Assembly (NCBI RefSeq): GCF_018977255.1
Contig: NW_024704743.1
Span: 19,966,001 to 20,030,000 of the forward strand
Reading direction: 5' to 3'
Length of the DNA stretch: 64,000 nt
From: Callorhinchus milii
Taxonomy: Eukaryota
Numbering within the stretch: the first letter of the stretch is position 1; each line of letters opens with the position of its first letter. Below the pieces are notes generated by a model. That model was given only the letters and a program-made list of their open reading frames with translations, searched no databases and was not told the origin of the DNA. Of the stretch, positions 35,222 through 47,535 are shown in pieces. The translations under genes were made by a program, and so were the position numbers.

Positions 35222-35830
35222 AACATCAAATCATTTTATATATACAGCGAAAGAGGTTGGTAAAGGAGGTGCTGGGTCCATTGAAACCAGATACAGGTGT
35301 GATAGTTGTAGAGGATCAGGACATCGCAGAATTGCTGAATAAACATTTTGTTTCAGAGTTCACAGTGGAAAAAGAGGTTGAGATACCAGAGGTTCAGGGA
35401 AGGCTAGAGTTTAGGAAAGAGGAGAACTTAAAAGCCTAATTATAAAGAGAAAACTAGAAATGGATAAATTAATGGGCTTGAAATCATACAAATCTCCAGG
35501 CCCAGGTGGTTTCCACCGCAGGATACGAATAGAAACAAAGGAAGAAACTGTTAAGGCCTTAATTATTACTTTCCAAAGTTCAACAATATTGGGAGTTGTA
35601 CCAGAGGGCTGGGAAACAGAAATGTAATGGCACCATTCAAGAAGGGAGAAAGCAAATAAAGGCCTTGTGCGGTTAACATCATGGGTGAGCATATTACTAA
35701 AATCTATCATCAGGGACAGAATAGTTGAGCATCCTGAAAAATATGCACAGATTAGGATGTGGATTTGTGAAGGGGTTCAAGAGAGATCTCGGGATTCAAG
35801 TCCATACACCATTAAAATTTAGTTCACAGC
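35222..35830 (+). mobile_element. Old CR1 ORF2 fragment
   Basis: GPLKPDTGVIVVEDQDIAELLNKHFVSEFT and KSPGPGG are homologous to the CR1 at 1760-2000. Confidence 0.88.
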
Positions 35831-35834
35831 TCCA

Positions 35835-36250
35835 ATGGAGCAGCAGACTGAGCTGCAGTTTACAAACTCGCTGGTTTGAATCCCGTTTTGCATTGAGTTT
35901 GCCTATCTCAGCAGGATTTTCACCAGACTAAATTGGCCCTAGCCTTCCATTGATTGGGGAAGATAAAACCAGCCCGGGTTCTGCTTGGGACGTCCTCTGA
36001 TGTGAAAGGCGCTATACAAATGTAATCTTGTTGTTGTTGCTTCTTATTATCTCTTCAGCATCCCCTAATGGTCTTGTGGGTGTGTGTATGGCAGCAAATG
36101 AGATGAGGTCAAACTCGGACTTGCCCCTATACAGTTGTGTGGCTTGCTGACACTTGCTACTATGGTTTACACATTAACATAGGTCCCTTTGGTGGAGGAG
36201 GACACCGGAGGGCAACCAGCTGGTGGAACAACTGTCCAACATAAGAAGAC
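35835..36250 (+). repeat. Ancient SINE-like repeat with a 55-bp L2 tail inserted at about 35985-36040
   Basis: B-box-like ggtttgaatcc; body similar to 34250-34585 in inverted orientation. Confidence 0.55.
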
Positions 36251-36297
36251 TGGCTTACGTTAATGGTTAGGAAATACAAAATAAATGGACATTTTAA

Positions 36298-36681
36298 AAA
36301 TAATAATCCTTGCATTTGATATAGTGCCTTATCACGTCTTCGAGACTTCTCAAAGAGCTTCTCAAAGCGTTTCACAGAATATACTGTGAAGTGAATTGAC
36401 TGCATATTTTGTGGGCAAAAAGCAGCAGCCAATTGCGCACAGCAGTGTAACACAAACAGTCATGGATTGAGTGACCAAATTATTTTTATTTATTTTGAAG
36501 GAATTATTATCTGAGGAAAAGCGATCCACCAATCGACTAACAACCAGATTCCTACTACCAGTTAGGTAATCAAAGGCCTGTGGAGTCAAGAAACTTGCCC
36601 AACGTTTTGCCCTGTCGGGGATCGAACCGAGGTCCTCTCTCTTGCGAGGCGAGTGCTCAAACCACTAAGCTACAGGACTCC
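36298..36681 (-). mobile_element. tRNA-derived SINE, long variant, full length
   Basis: Head, extra segment, body and tail. Confidence 0.92.
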
Positions 36682-36703
36682 ACTTGTAAAAATATTTAAA
36701 ATA

Positions 36704-37295
36704 CAGTGGAAGCCGCTTTAGCTGGATGCCGGTTAACGCCCGGCACAGATTAATTTGCATTATTACCAGTTTTAAATATGCGATTAATTCGGACAACAAT
36801 CTAGTTACTCCTAACACAAGCGGGTCACCACTGTGTCTACTCACTCTGTATCTTGAGTGCCTCCATCCAGCCACAAGCAGTTCCAGGATGGAGGGGTGGG
36901 GGCATAGTCAAATTGCGATTGACAGTGGACTCCAGCCATTCACAAGCAGTTTCAGGCTGTCAATCAGTGAAGGAGCCCAGGGATGGGGAAGAAACAAGGA
37001 AGGGAGTGGGAGGAGTTAAATTGCGATTGATTGACAGCTGAGACGATTGTGAATGGGTGGAGGCCATCCACTCACAAGCGGCTTCAGGCTGTCACTCACC
37101 TCAGAGCTGCCGCTAATTGGTCCCCTTCCCGTCCAATGGGAATGGCAATGGGAGGGAGGAGGCGGCGGCACTGCACTGCTGGGCAGGAAGAGGTAAGGGA
37201 ATATCTGTTAACCTTGGACGTCACTTAAGCCGGACAAACCCCCTTGCTCTCCCCCCCCCACCGCCCGATGTGTCCGGATTAAGTAGTTTCCACTG
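36704..37295. mobile_element. Tigger/pogo-like MITE with TIRs and TA target duplication
   Basis: TA|cagtggaagccgctttagctgga ... tccggattaagtagtttccactg|TA; imperfect TIR of about 23 bp; no transposase. Confidence 0.85.
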
Positions 37296-37374
37296 TATAA
37301 CAAAAATCTAGCTCTCGAGTGCAAGAAGCAGTTACAGTAAGTTTGATCCTGACATGTATTGATTTATTTATATA

Positions 37375-37731
37375 TAAATGTAAGGAAGTGTTTTTCCAAT
37401 AATATAGAATACTGGTCCGATTTCATTTGGAGTACTGGGTTCCAATTTGGACACCCAATCTTAGCAAGGATACACTATCCTTGTAGGGTGTCTATCCAGC
37501 AATGGACATAAATTAATAACTGGCATGAAAAGGTTTAGCTATGATGAGAAACTGGCTAGAATGGAATTATATTCCTTAGAGCAGAGGAAGTTAGAGTACA
37601 GTCATTTGATTGAGATATTTAAAATACTGAAAGCAAAGGTTAAACAGTGGGTGAATCGTTTATTCCAGGGATCCATTGCACGGGGCATAACCTTAAAATC
37701 AGAACCAAGATAGTTAGAATTGAGGTAAGGA
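37375..37731 (+). mobile_element. Old CR1 3' region, left part
   Basis: MKRFSYDEKLARMELYSLEQRKL...LIEIFKILK; continues at 38593-38792. Confidence 0.82.
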
Positions 37732-38591
37732 AACAACAACAACAAAATTACACTTGTAAAGTGCCTTTCACATCGGGAGGATGTCCCAAGGCACTGAACA
37801 GTTGGGGATCAGGACCCAAGTGTAGGGGGGAAGGTTTGGCATGAGGGAGGGCAGAGAGGTAGGAGGGCAGCTGAAGGCACGGTTGAAAAGGAGAGTCTTG
37901 AGTCATGCCTGAAGGGGCTCTGGGATGGAGTTCCAAAGAGTGGGGGCAGAGAGGCTGAAAGCCCGGCTGCCGATGGTAAGATGGGTCGGGCGGAAGACAT
38001 GGAGCAGACCGGACCCTGCTGAGCAGAGGGAGCAGATAGGTTAATAGGAAGTCAGCAGATCAGAGATGCAGGAGTGGGCAAGGCCATGGAGGGCCTTGAA
38101 AGTGAGGTCAAGGATTTTAAATTCTATCCTCTGAGGGATGGGAACCAGTGGAGCCGGGCGAGGGTGGGGGTGATGGAGTCACAGAGTCTGGTGTGGGAGA
38201 GGACACGAGAAGCAGAGTTCTGGATGATCTGCAGTTTGTGGAAGGAAGAGTTGGGGAGACTGACAAGGAGTGAGTTTCCGTAGTCGAGCCTTGAGGTGAC
38301 GAATGCGTGTATGAGGGTTTCGGTGGCCTGCGGCAGTGGCGAAGTCGGGCAATGTTGCGGAGGTGGGGGAAGGCAGTGCAGGTCGTGGCATGGATATGGA
38401 GGAGAGTTGAGGGTCTAACAAGACGCCCAGGTTCCTGACTGGCTTGGAGAGGTGGAGTGTGCGACCGTGGATACTGATGCTGCAAGTGCCGGAGGTGCGG
38501 AAGCGCTGGCACGAGACAATCAGGAGAGCTTCAGTCTTGCTGACATTCAGCTGTAGAAAGTTGGCTCTCATCCAGGACTTGATGTCTGACA
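37732..38591 (-). mobile_element. L2 3' fragment inserted into CR1
   Basis: MRANFLQLNVSKTEALL...VRNLGVLLDPQLS and (caa)n tail. Confidence 0.92.
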
Positions 38592-38592
38592 G

Positions 38593-38792
38593 ATATTATG
38601 AAGGTTGTGAAGGTGTGAAATGGTCTGCTCCAGAAAGCTGCAGAGGTGAAATCAAGACAAACAGATCACCTTCTTGGGTACTTAGGGTATCAAGAGGTTG
38701 GTGAAAGGGTGGGGTGTTGCAATAAATAAATCTATAAAGATCCATTGGTGGAACAGGTTCAATGGGCTAAATAGTTCCTCCCTTTCCTATTT
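38593..38792 (+). mobile_element. Old CR1 3' region, right part
   Basis: ccagaaagctgcagagg and a 3' UTR ggtggaacaggttcaatgggctaaatag. Confidence 0.7.
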
Positions 38793-38963
38793 CATAACTA
38801 ATCATTCCCCTTTACTGACTGTTTTAACGATCAAACCCAACTCCCAGCGGCTTCCTTCACTCACATTTGAAAATGTGTACCACAAGTATTGTTCCCTTCT
38901 TTAGCAGATCCATTGGAGTGAATTCACTAATGCAGTGAAGGTTGAGAAACACAGCCTAAGACA

Positions 38964-39130
38964 TAATCCTTCCATTTGATATAGTTCCTTATCACGTCAT
39001 TGAGGCGTCTGAAAGCCCTTCACAGAATATATTGTAAACTGGATTTTGTGGGCCAAAAGGGGCAGCCAATTGCACACAGCAATGTCCCACAAATAGTCGT
39101 GGATTGAAAATGATCAAGTTATTATTGTTG
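38964..39130 (-). mobile_element. SINE 3' fragment abutting CR1
   Basis: Reverse tail and body; ends exactly where CR1 starts. Confidence 0.85.
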
Positions 39131-39870
39131 GATTATTTTCTAGAGGGGGAGAGACGAGGTAGTGTTAGTTTTCAGAGGGATTTGGATGTTCTTGAACACC
39201 GGTCACAAGAAGGTACAGCAAGCATCTATGAAGGCTAATGCCATGTTGGCGTTCATTGCAAAAGGGTTAGAGTACAAGAGTAAGGAAGTCTTGCTACAGT
39301 TGTATAAGGCCTTGGTGAGACCACACCTAGAATACTGTGTGCAGTTTTGGTCTCCTTATTTAAGAAAGGACATACTCGCCTTAGAGGGGGTGTAGCGTAG
39401 ATTCACTAGGTTGGTTCCTGGGATGAGGTTGACCTATGAGGATAGGTTGAGTAAACTAGGCCTATATTCTCTAGAATATAGAAGAATTAGAGGTGATCTT
39501 ATAGAAACCTATGATTCTTATGGGTCTTGACAGGGTAGATGCTGTGAGGCTGTTTCCCCTAGTTGGAGAATCTAAAAATAGGGGTCATAGTCTCAAGAAT
39601 GAGGGTCAGCCTTTTTGAACTGAGTTGAGGAAACATTTCTTCACGCAGAAGGTAGTGATTTGGGGAATTCTCTACTTCAGAAGGCTGTGGATGCTCAGCC
39701 CTTGAACATATTCAAGACTGAGATTAATAGATTTCTAAAGGATAGCAGGATTAAGGGATACGGGGATAGGGCGGGTAAATGGAATTAGGTTAGAAGATCA
39801 GCCATGATCTTATTAAATGGTGGGCAGGCTCGAGGGGCCAAATGGCCTATTCCTGCTCCTACGCCTTATG
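39131..39870 (+). mobile_element. CR1 3' fragment, same family as 945-3482
   Basis: Highly similar to 2715-3475 (LVRPHLEYCVQFWSPYL and the same 3' UTR). Confidence 0.95.
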
Positions 39871-40154
39871 GTTTAGGATGGCATAAATAAAAGATTTGAA
39901 AAGTGACTAACTAATGGTATTTTTAATGAAGGAAGCCAGTACTGAAGGAACAGGTTCACATGAACTTTTTGCAATAAGCTTCAAGCAATCTTTGGTTAGC
40001 TAATTGCATAGACCAGATGAAGGATAAAATTCTCTACACGGCCTATTGTATTTTAATCCGAACTCAAAAGATCACACCTTAATGCATCAGTGTGATTTAT
40101 TTTCCACTTTGCACACTAACCACCCTCATCTCTCTAAGTGAAACCAATGATATG

Positions 40155-40490
40155 TCTTCCTGGCTTAGTTATATTACTCTCACCTCTGGGTTAGAAGGCT
40201 GTGTGCCAAACTCTCAATGTAGTCATAGTCTAATATTGCGGATAGGGAAGAGGGAGTGCAGCATTGTCAAAGATGCCATCTTTCCAATGAGAAATTAAAT
40301 CAAGGTCCCGTCCTCCAATCCCATAAAAAACTATTTAAAAAAAGAAAAACATTTCTCCTGGTGTTCTGGCCATCATCCCTGTTTATGGGGCCTTATTTTG
40401 TGAAAATGTCTGCTGTGTATGACTGCAAACAAAAAGTTGTTACATCTTACAGCAATTTCCTGTGATTTGAGAAGGTGTTATAAAAATGGA
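40155..40490 (+). mobile_element. Very old Deu-type SINE
   Basis: Decayed head and central block. Confidence 0.6.
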
Positions 40491-41151
40491 CAATTTTTAA
40501 ACTAGTTTGGTTAATGCTAAACAGTGCCAAATTATGGTCAGTTTCATGTGCTGAACTGAGACCCATCTAGGAATGTGTTTGAGATTGTCAAAACTTATTT
40601 CAAACAGGTAAAGTAAATTCAAACAGTAAATCGCATCAGCAGGGGGTGGATTTTAGCCCAGGAGAAAGAACAGTACCACCCACTCTAAACCCAGACCCCT
40701 TCAGGAAAGCTATTTGTAAAGAGCAATACATCCATGAATTATTTTTAATAAGCACATTTTAATAAGGCCATCAACAGGCTGTTCATCTTTTGAATGGTTT
40801 CACATGAGAATAAAATCTTCAAACAAAATATATGAACTGTTTTTCTGCCGCAAGACATTTGTTGTCATAGCAAGTTACTGTGACAGAGCTCAATCTGAGG
40901 AACGAAGAAACAAACACAGTACTTGTTTGATCAGAACTATCTCCAGTGTTGTGGGTGTTACATTTACATGTTTTAAAAGCTCAACACCCCTTTTATTACA
41001 GGTCTATGCACTCCAAACGGCTCAAAAGCAACTTCCTAAACAAATTAAATATGATTAAATAGGTGTTTTGGCACATTACAATAAAATTATTTTTAGTCTA
41101 ATTGTTTTTTAGACTGAAGAATACTATTTCAGTCATTAAGGAAACCTGTAG

Positions 41152-41410
41152 TAATAATAATAATCCTTACATTTGAGATAGTGCCTTATCAAGCTGTTGA
41201 GACGACTCAAAATGCTTCACAGAATATATTGTGCATTTTGTGGATGAAATGCAGCAGCCAATTGCGCCCAGCAGTGTCCCACAAACAGTCGTGGATTGAG
41301 TGACCAAATTTTTGTTTTTGGAGAGATTATTACCCCCAAAAGCAATCACTAATCGCTAATCGACAAAGAACCGGATTCCTACTTAGTGCAAGGTAAACAG
41401 AGGAGCATGG
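41152..41410 (-). mobile_element. SINE long variant, 5'-truncated
   Basis: Tail, body and extra segment (ttcctactta...aggtaaacagagg). Confidence 0.85.
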
Positions 41411-42384
41411 AACTAAAGTAACTATGGAGATTTATGTTAGGGGAAATAAGTACCATTCCTTATAATTTGCCTGTATAATGAATTACATGAAAGAAATGAA
41501 ATGTTCCCTAACCTGGCCTTTACCTAACTTTACAACTCAGCTCTGAAAGTGAGCGAGCATTTAAGCACAAACAAGTACCAACAGCATTATCCTGAACTAC
41601 TTGTTGCATTATTTGGGCACTAAATAGTGTGCCAGCTGTAATCGCTAGTTACATGATTGGGTGTCATTATACGCCTACACCATTAGAATTAGCTAATACC
41701 ATCTTGTTATGGCCGTGGAAAAATTCTATTGCCTTCAAATAGATCCTGACTACAACCTCTAATTTGCCTTGAAGGCACGGTCAATGCAATTCCTGCCAAG
41801 ATCAAAGTGTATTGGCATTAGCTTGAAAAGATCACAAATGGATTTTACTTCTTCAGCAATTGTAAGACTACAACCAACCACAGAAACAGTGACAGTAAAC
41901 ACTTTGCATTATTTCCCTCAGGTTAATGGTTGATTGGAAAAGTTTGTCTCCATACCTGAATAAGAAGGTTGCAGACGCTTTCCACAAAATAGAAATGGTT
42001 TGTGTGTTATATGACTATAATACAGATTGATGAATTCATGTGAGATAATAAACTTGCACAATCCAAGCAGAGCACATCACATGTGGTTTGCAGATGACAT
42101 CCATTGATTATATGAAAAATGCTCACAGGAAAAGGGCAGAAGTCACTGAAAAAGCAAAGCAGCTGATGCCAGCATTGAACCAATTGCATGAGTTTCAGAA
42201 CATAGGGTCCATAAATATATTTTAAAAAAGGCAAATTCAAAGCTAAGAAGAAAAATGCTCTCCCAAATCAAGCAATATCATGATATTTGAACATGTCCCT
42301 CACAAGTGCTACAAGTATCTAACTCATTAAAAGGGTCCAATTCTCCAAAATCCAGTTTATGTATCCAAATAAAATCTGTTTCTG

Positions 42385-42943
42385 CCAATATGTGTCGAAT
42401 TTGCAACTTCACATCCACATGTATGCAGATGATGCCCAACTCTATCTCTCTGCTTCCACCCTCCACTCCAGGACCACTGCTGTCCTGATGGATTGTCTGT
42501 CAGACATCAAGTCCTGGATGAGAGCTAACTTTCTCCAGTTGAATGTTGATGAGATGGGGGCCCTCATGCTTGGCTACCATTAACCTGCCCGCCTCGGCCA
42601 TGCTGCCTGCCTCGGTCACCCTGCCCGCCTCCGCCTCCCTGAACGCCTCCATCATCACTTCTCTCCCTTCAGGCTGCCGAGACCCTCATCCAAACCTTCA
42701 GCCTTTCTGCCCCCACCCTCTGGAACTCCATCCCAGAGCCCTTCAGCCTTATCCCCTCCCTCGACTCCTTCAAGGCAAGTCTCAAGACCTCCATCTTCAA
42801 ACGTGCCTTTGGTAACCCTCCCACCTCCACTCCCCTTGCCCTCCACCCTTTTTGGGGTAGAACCCCCAGGTGGGATGCAAACTTTTCACCTTAGGATGTC
42901 CTCTCGACGTGAAAGGGGCTGTATAAATACAATTTGTTGTTAT
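42385..42943 (+). mobile_element. L2 fragment with internal deletion
   Basis: HMYADDAQLY...CLSDIKSWMRANFLQLN joined to the L2 3' end. Confidence 0.88.
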
Positions 42944-45149
42944 AAGTACAATGCCTGAAAGTTGCAACAATTAAAACACAGAAAAACAATACAAATCCTC
43001 CATTTCCAAAACCATATGAACTATTTTTGTGCAAATTAGATGCAAGATTTATTTGTATGTCTAAGGTTTTTATTTACAGCGCTTTAACTGCACCCTGTAG
43101 TCAAATAGTTCAACACTGCTTCAAATCACTCCATTTACAGTATTTTTATTGGCATCAGTGAGCAACAAGATCAGTGGAAAGTTGCAATATTTCATGCTTC
43201 GAATGTTGCTGCTACTTATCATACAATCAAAGGAGACAAATAGGAAATTCACTACACTTGCCAAAAGAAGAGGCCCCAAATCTCCAAGTGTATCCACCCT
43301 TACCTTGTGTAATTAGTGATGGAATTTGGAGAGTAAAATAGTTCAACTCTCCTAAAATCCAAGAGAAATTTTGTTGCCTTCTTTGTAGTGTAAGAATAAT
43401 TCCATGTCATTAATGAAAAAAACATAATTAGCCCTCATTCATGGGTGAGGTACAGACCAACATTAGTTTTATTTTGTAACTTTAATCATTTCACTGCTTT
43501 AACACCAGTGATGACTTACGGTTGACACAAGTTAGTGGTAAACAAGCGACATCTACTGCAGTACAAAGGGACCAACATAGCAGATTCAACAGGTAGGATG
43601 TAATACGCATAAGTGAAACTTTATTTTCAGCTACTGCAACCTGTGGCCACAGTTATCTATCTCTCAGACAAAGTTAGTTCTGTGTGCAATAAAGTACAGC
43701 TCCTTACTTATCTGATCGTCATCTGCAGCTAGGCACACTTGTCTGGTAACGGTTCTATTACTAATTCCAGCTGGCACACCACACCTTATAATATGTCAGA
43801 CCAGTGCACCCAATGCTTGATGGATGAAAAACGTGAGGATTCTGTGGATTCCTATTCTCCTCAGAGAATTCACTTGGACTTTGCTGATTTTAGACACCCG
43901 CCCACCCCCCACCTCACTGTCTGCCAGACCCGCAGCAATTGGAACGGTTTTGTTTTTCCCAAGGAATTCCTGTGTCATCTCCTAGTGCTGCAAACAACAG
44001 CACTTTCCCCAACAACCAGGAGCAGGTGGCCACTTTCCACAATGGCATCCAAAATGGGCAGACTTCCACCGAGGAGACAGGGGAGCAGTAGGCAAGTTCT
44101 CCAGACAGCATGTGGGAAGTTTAGACTTGCTTCGCTGCCTTCTTGGCAGAGGTATGCAGAAACCAAGATACCCCACATTCTTAATTGCAAACTGCAGCCT
44201 GAACTGGCCAAGAATATAAACCGACTTGATATAAACCCACCTGCTCACGCCTATAGTGAGTCTGATTTGAGTTACAACCAAGATAACTGTTCAATGGCTT
44301 GAAAAATATTGGGACATTATTTTATGACCCCGCTCGAAAGGTTGTAGCACATGAAATACCGCCCCTCAGGATATTGTGAAGACAACTGTTTTGAGACATG
44401 GCTGCAGATAAAGAGATACATGATTGTGCAAAACTGATGAAGACATTGAAATGATTGGTATAAAGCTACCATTATTTCCATTATTTTAAATGTTTGAAAT
44501 CATTTTTGAGGGGGGGGGGGGCGGTGCGAGAAATATACATCTGTATATTTGTGCAAGATTCATAGACTTAGCTACATTTTGTTAGTGGTGTGTTAACATT
44601 GGGGACAATGCTCGTCATAGCATTATTCACTCAACTTGTATTCTGCCAGCAATTTACAATGTACCTTAAGCCCCATCTTGCAACTTCAATGCCCTATTAG
44701 AGGAAGAGATTGAAATATATACCATATCTGATATTGATTCACACAAGTACTATATATCTATGAATAAAAAGTGTCTGAACTTTTCACTAATGACATCTGC
44801 CAAGGTGGAGGTATCTTTAACAGATCATGAAGCACTGAGGTCCAATGCGTGATTAAATATTTTGACCCCTGACCTGTACTTTTAAGTTTTTCAAGCTGTC
44901 CTGTCTTGTTCAGCTCTACCGAGCAGGAGGGGGAATGACAAGCTGGTTATGTTCCCGTGATACAACACGCGAAAAAAAAAAAAGAAAATGTGGAAATGTA
45001 GCATGGCTCCTCTCCAATGTGTGGTTGCTAGGGTGACAGGAGCGTGTTAAACTCACTAAATAGGCTGCCAGAAGGTCCATCACATGGCAGGCGGTGATTG
45101 GCTGCATCGCTTCCCAATTGCCGAAATTTTCCAGACAAGATTTAGGGTG

Positions 45150-45495
45150 TCGACCTCACTCAGTTGGTAGCGCTCTCAGAAAGTCAGAAGGCTGTTTGTG
45201 GGTTCAAGTGCTGGTGGTGTACTCCATTGTTGGAGGTGCTGGCCTTCACATGAGAGATAATACGAAGTCCCATTTGTCTAATCAGGTGGATATTAAAGAT
45301 CCCATTGGCACTATTTTAAAAGAGAAGGGAGTTCCTCCCAGTGTCCTGGCCAACAAACCCCCAAGTAAAATTGGTTACTCATTTCACAGCTGTTAGTGGG
45401 ACATTGCTGTGTGCAAACTCATTGTGGCATTCGCCTACAAAATACAGTCATGACACCTTTGAAGTATATCCTGTGGAGCGCTTTGAGATATCCTT
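45150..45495 (+). mobile_element. Old Deu-type SINE
   Basis: Head, central block and truncated tail. Confidence 0.78.
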
Positions 45496-45518
45496 GCTCC
45501 CGGGGGGGGAAGAGAGAG

Positions 45519-45899
45519 GGTAAGGGTTTCCTTAGAGCTGAACTAGCTCCAAGGTGACTTGTCTGGCACGGAATGTCAGAATTGAGGCAATCCTCTATGG
45601 CAGTCTCGGTAGGCCAGTTCCTGAGCCAGGTGAGTCCATAGTACTCCAGGGCAATGCTGATGACAGCCTAGCCAGCCCGGCTCATTGACTTGGAAGAACT
45701 GACCAGTCATTCGGGTTAGGGACTCTTCCCACTCAACTCCCATGAACCCTGCACGCCAAAGCCTTAACACGTAGGGTTGTCCGAGCTGGAGAATCAGCAG
45801 TAAAGCTTGCCAGGCACTGCTCTCAATAGCAAGCTATGCAGTTTTGGCTGGTGAGACTCTAGCAGTATCACAGTGCACACTCTAGGGTCCCCAAGTCTT
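45519..45899 (+). repeat. Family X, 5' two-thirds
   Basis: Collinear with the reverse complement of 8020-8400; starts with the terminal hairpin at 45530-45554. Confidence 0.87.
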
Positions 45900-46314
45900 C
45901 TTCAAAGTGTGTTACTCCTCTACCATGTTGTAGCTGTTTCAATGATCTGGTACAGGCAGAATTTGCCAATGGTCTCCTTCTGTGCAGTAAAATTCTAAAA
46001 TGATATGTTCCCATCCTACAGATCTGGACTTTCTGCCTCGGGCTTTCATGTCTTCTCAGAATGTCTTTCATTCCTATCTCTCTTGTAGCTCTAACTGACT
46101 GGTGTGCTCAGTCCTGGGTTGCTGCTAGCTTCTATTGTGCTGCAGTTTTTATCAGCATTCACGAGTTGAATTTCAGTCACTCCATTTCAAAAATGCCACC
46201 TCCTCAGTGTCTGGAGTTCAATAATGCAACATATTTACACTTGTAGGAACCGGACACACAGGTGAGAGTGCTACAAAACGACGGACAATAATAAACTGCA
46301 TCCCTAATAACTCT

Positions 46315-46634
46315 GGAATCCTGTAGCTCAGTGGTTAGAGCACTCACTTTGCAAGCGAGAGACCTGAGTTCAATTCCAGGCAGAGGGCGAAACCTTGGGC
46401 AAGTTACCTTACTCCACACAGCCTAATAATAATCCCTCCAAAAAACAAAAACAATAATAAAAATTGGTCATTTTTCAATCCATGACTGTTTGTGGGTCAT
46501 TGTTGTGCGCAATTGGCTGCCGCGTTCGCCCACAAATATACAGTCAATTCACTTTACAGTATATTCTGTGAAGCGCTTTGGGACGTCCTCCCGACGTGAA
46601 AAGCGCTATATCAAATACAAGGATTATTATTATT
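46315..46634 (+). mobile_element. Young SINE, full length
   Basis: A and B boxes, body and tail. Confidence 0.95.
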
Positions 46635-47385
46635 TGCGTTCATTTGCGCAACTTCCCACATATTTTTCCTCCAGTAGAGCGAAGTTAAATTCTTATTCAG
46701 GGGTACTTACTTTTGTACAATAGGCAGAGTGACGGTGAAAGTGAGTGAGAGAGACAGAAAGACACACACACAGATGCAGATTAAGGAAAACAATGAGACA
46801 CACACATAGAAGGCAGAGCAAAATAAAATAGTTAGAAAAACAGAGCCCACAGTGGAGAAAAGGATATATTCAGCTACAAGAGGTGAGGGACTGTGAAAGA
46901 AATTTAGTCGAGTTTACTATTTCCTCACTGTTCTCCAGGCGTTCTAACTGGAAAATAACTAAAAATCAGATTTCAGCTACCAATATGTGAATTCCAAAAT
47001 AGTACTTTAGGGCCAGTTTTATAAGCATAACTTTTGAACAGCTTCTACAGCGCACTCTCAAATCTAATTTCATTTTGCAGAAAACGGTCAGAAAATATTT
47101 TTTTAAGTGTTGAAAGTAATATAAGCCAGGAAAGGACATAATATAATTTCATATCCAGAGTTTCACAGCCAGATTCTCAATAACAAAGTCGAGAAGGTTA
47201 AATGGCAGCAGACACTTTAACCTGCCACACTTGAGTATACATTTAGTAGTTACTACAACCCTTAGAAATTTAAAGGAGGTCCAAGCCTTGATTTAACTTT
47301 TTCACTCCTATAGATCTTCAAATTGTGGATTTCTTCACAAATTGTTCCAGTTTAGAATTCAAGTTTTAACCACAGGTGACTGTTC

Positions 47386-47535
47386 AAAATACAGTCAATT
47401 CACTTCACAGTATATTCTGTGAAGCACTTTGAGATGTCTCGCAGACATGATAAGTATTAAATGCAAGGATTATTATTCAAGCATTCTAAGACGCTACCCT
47501 GTGTGAAGGGCGCAATATAATTCAAGTTGTTGTTA
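47386..47535 (+). mobile_element. SINE 3' fragment followed by an L2 tail
   Basis: (att)n tail at about 47470, then gacgctaccctgtgtgaagggcgc...(ttg)n. Confidence 0.75.

Noticed and set aside
44430..44460. Penelope-type minimal hammerhead (CTGATGAAG...GAAA)
   Set aside because: No pairing for stems I-III and no nearby Penelope sequence.
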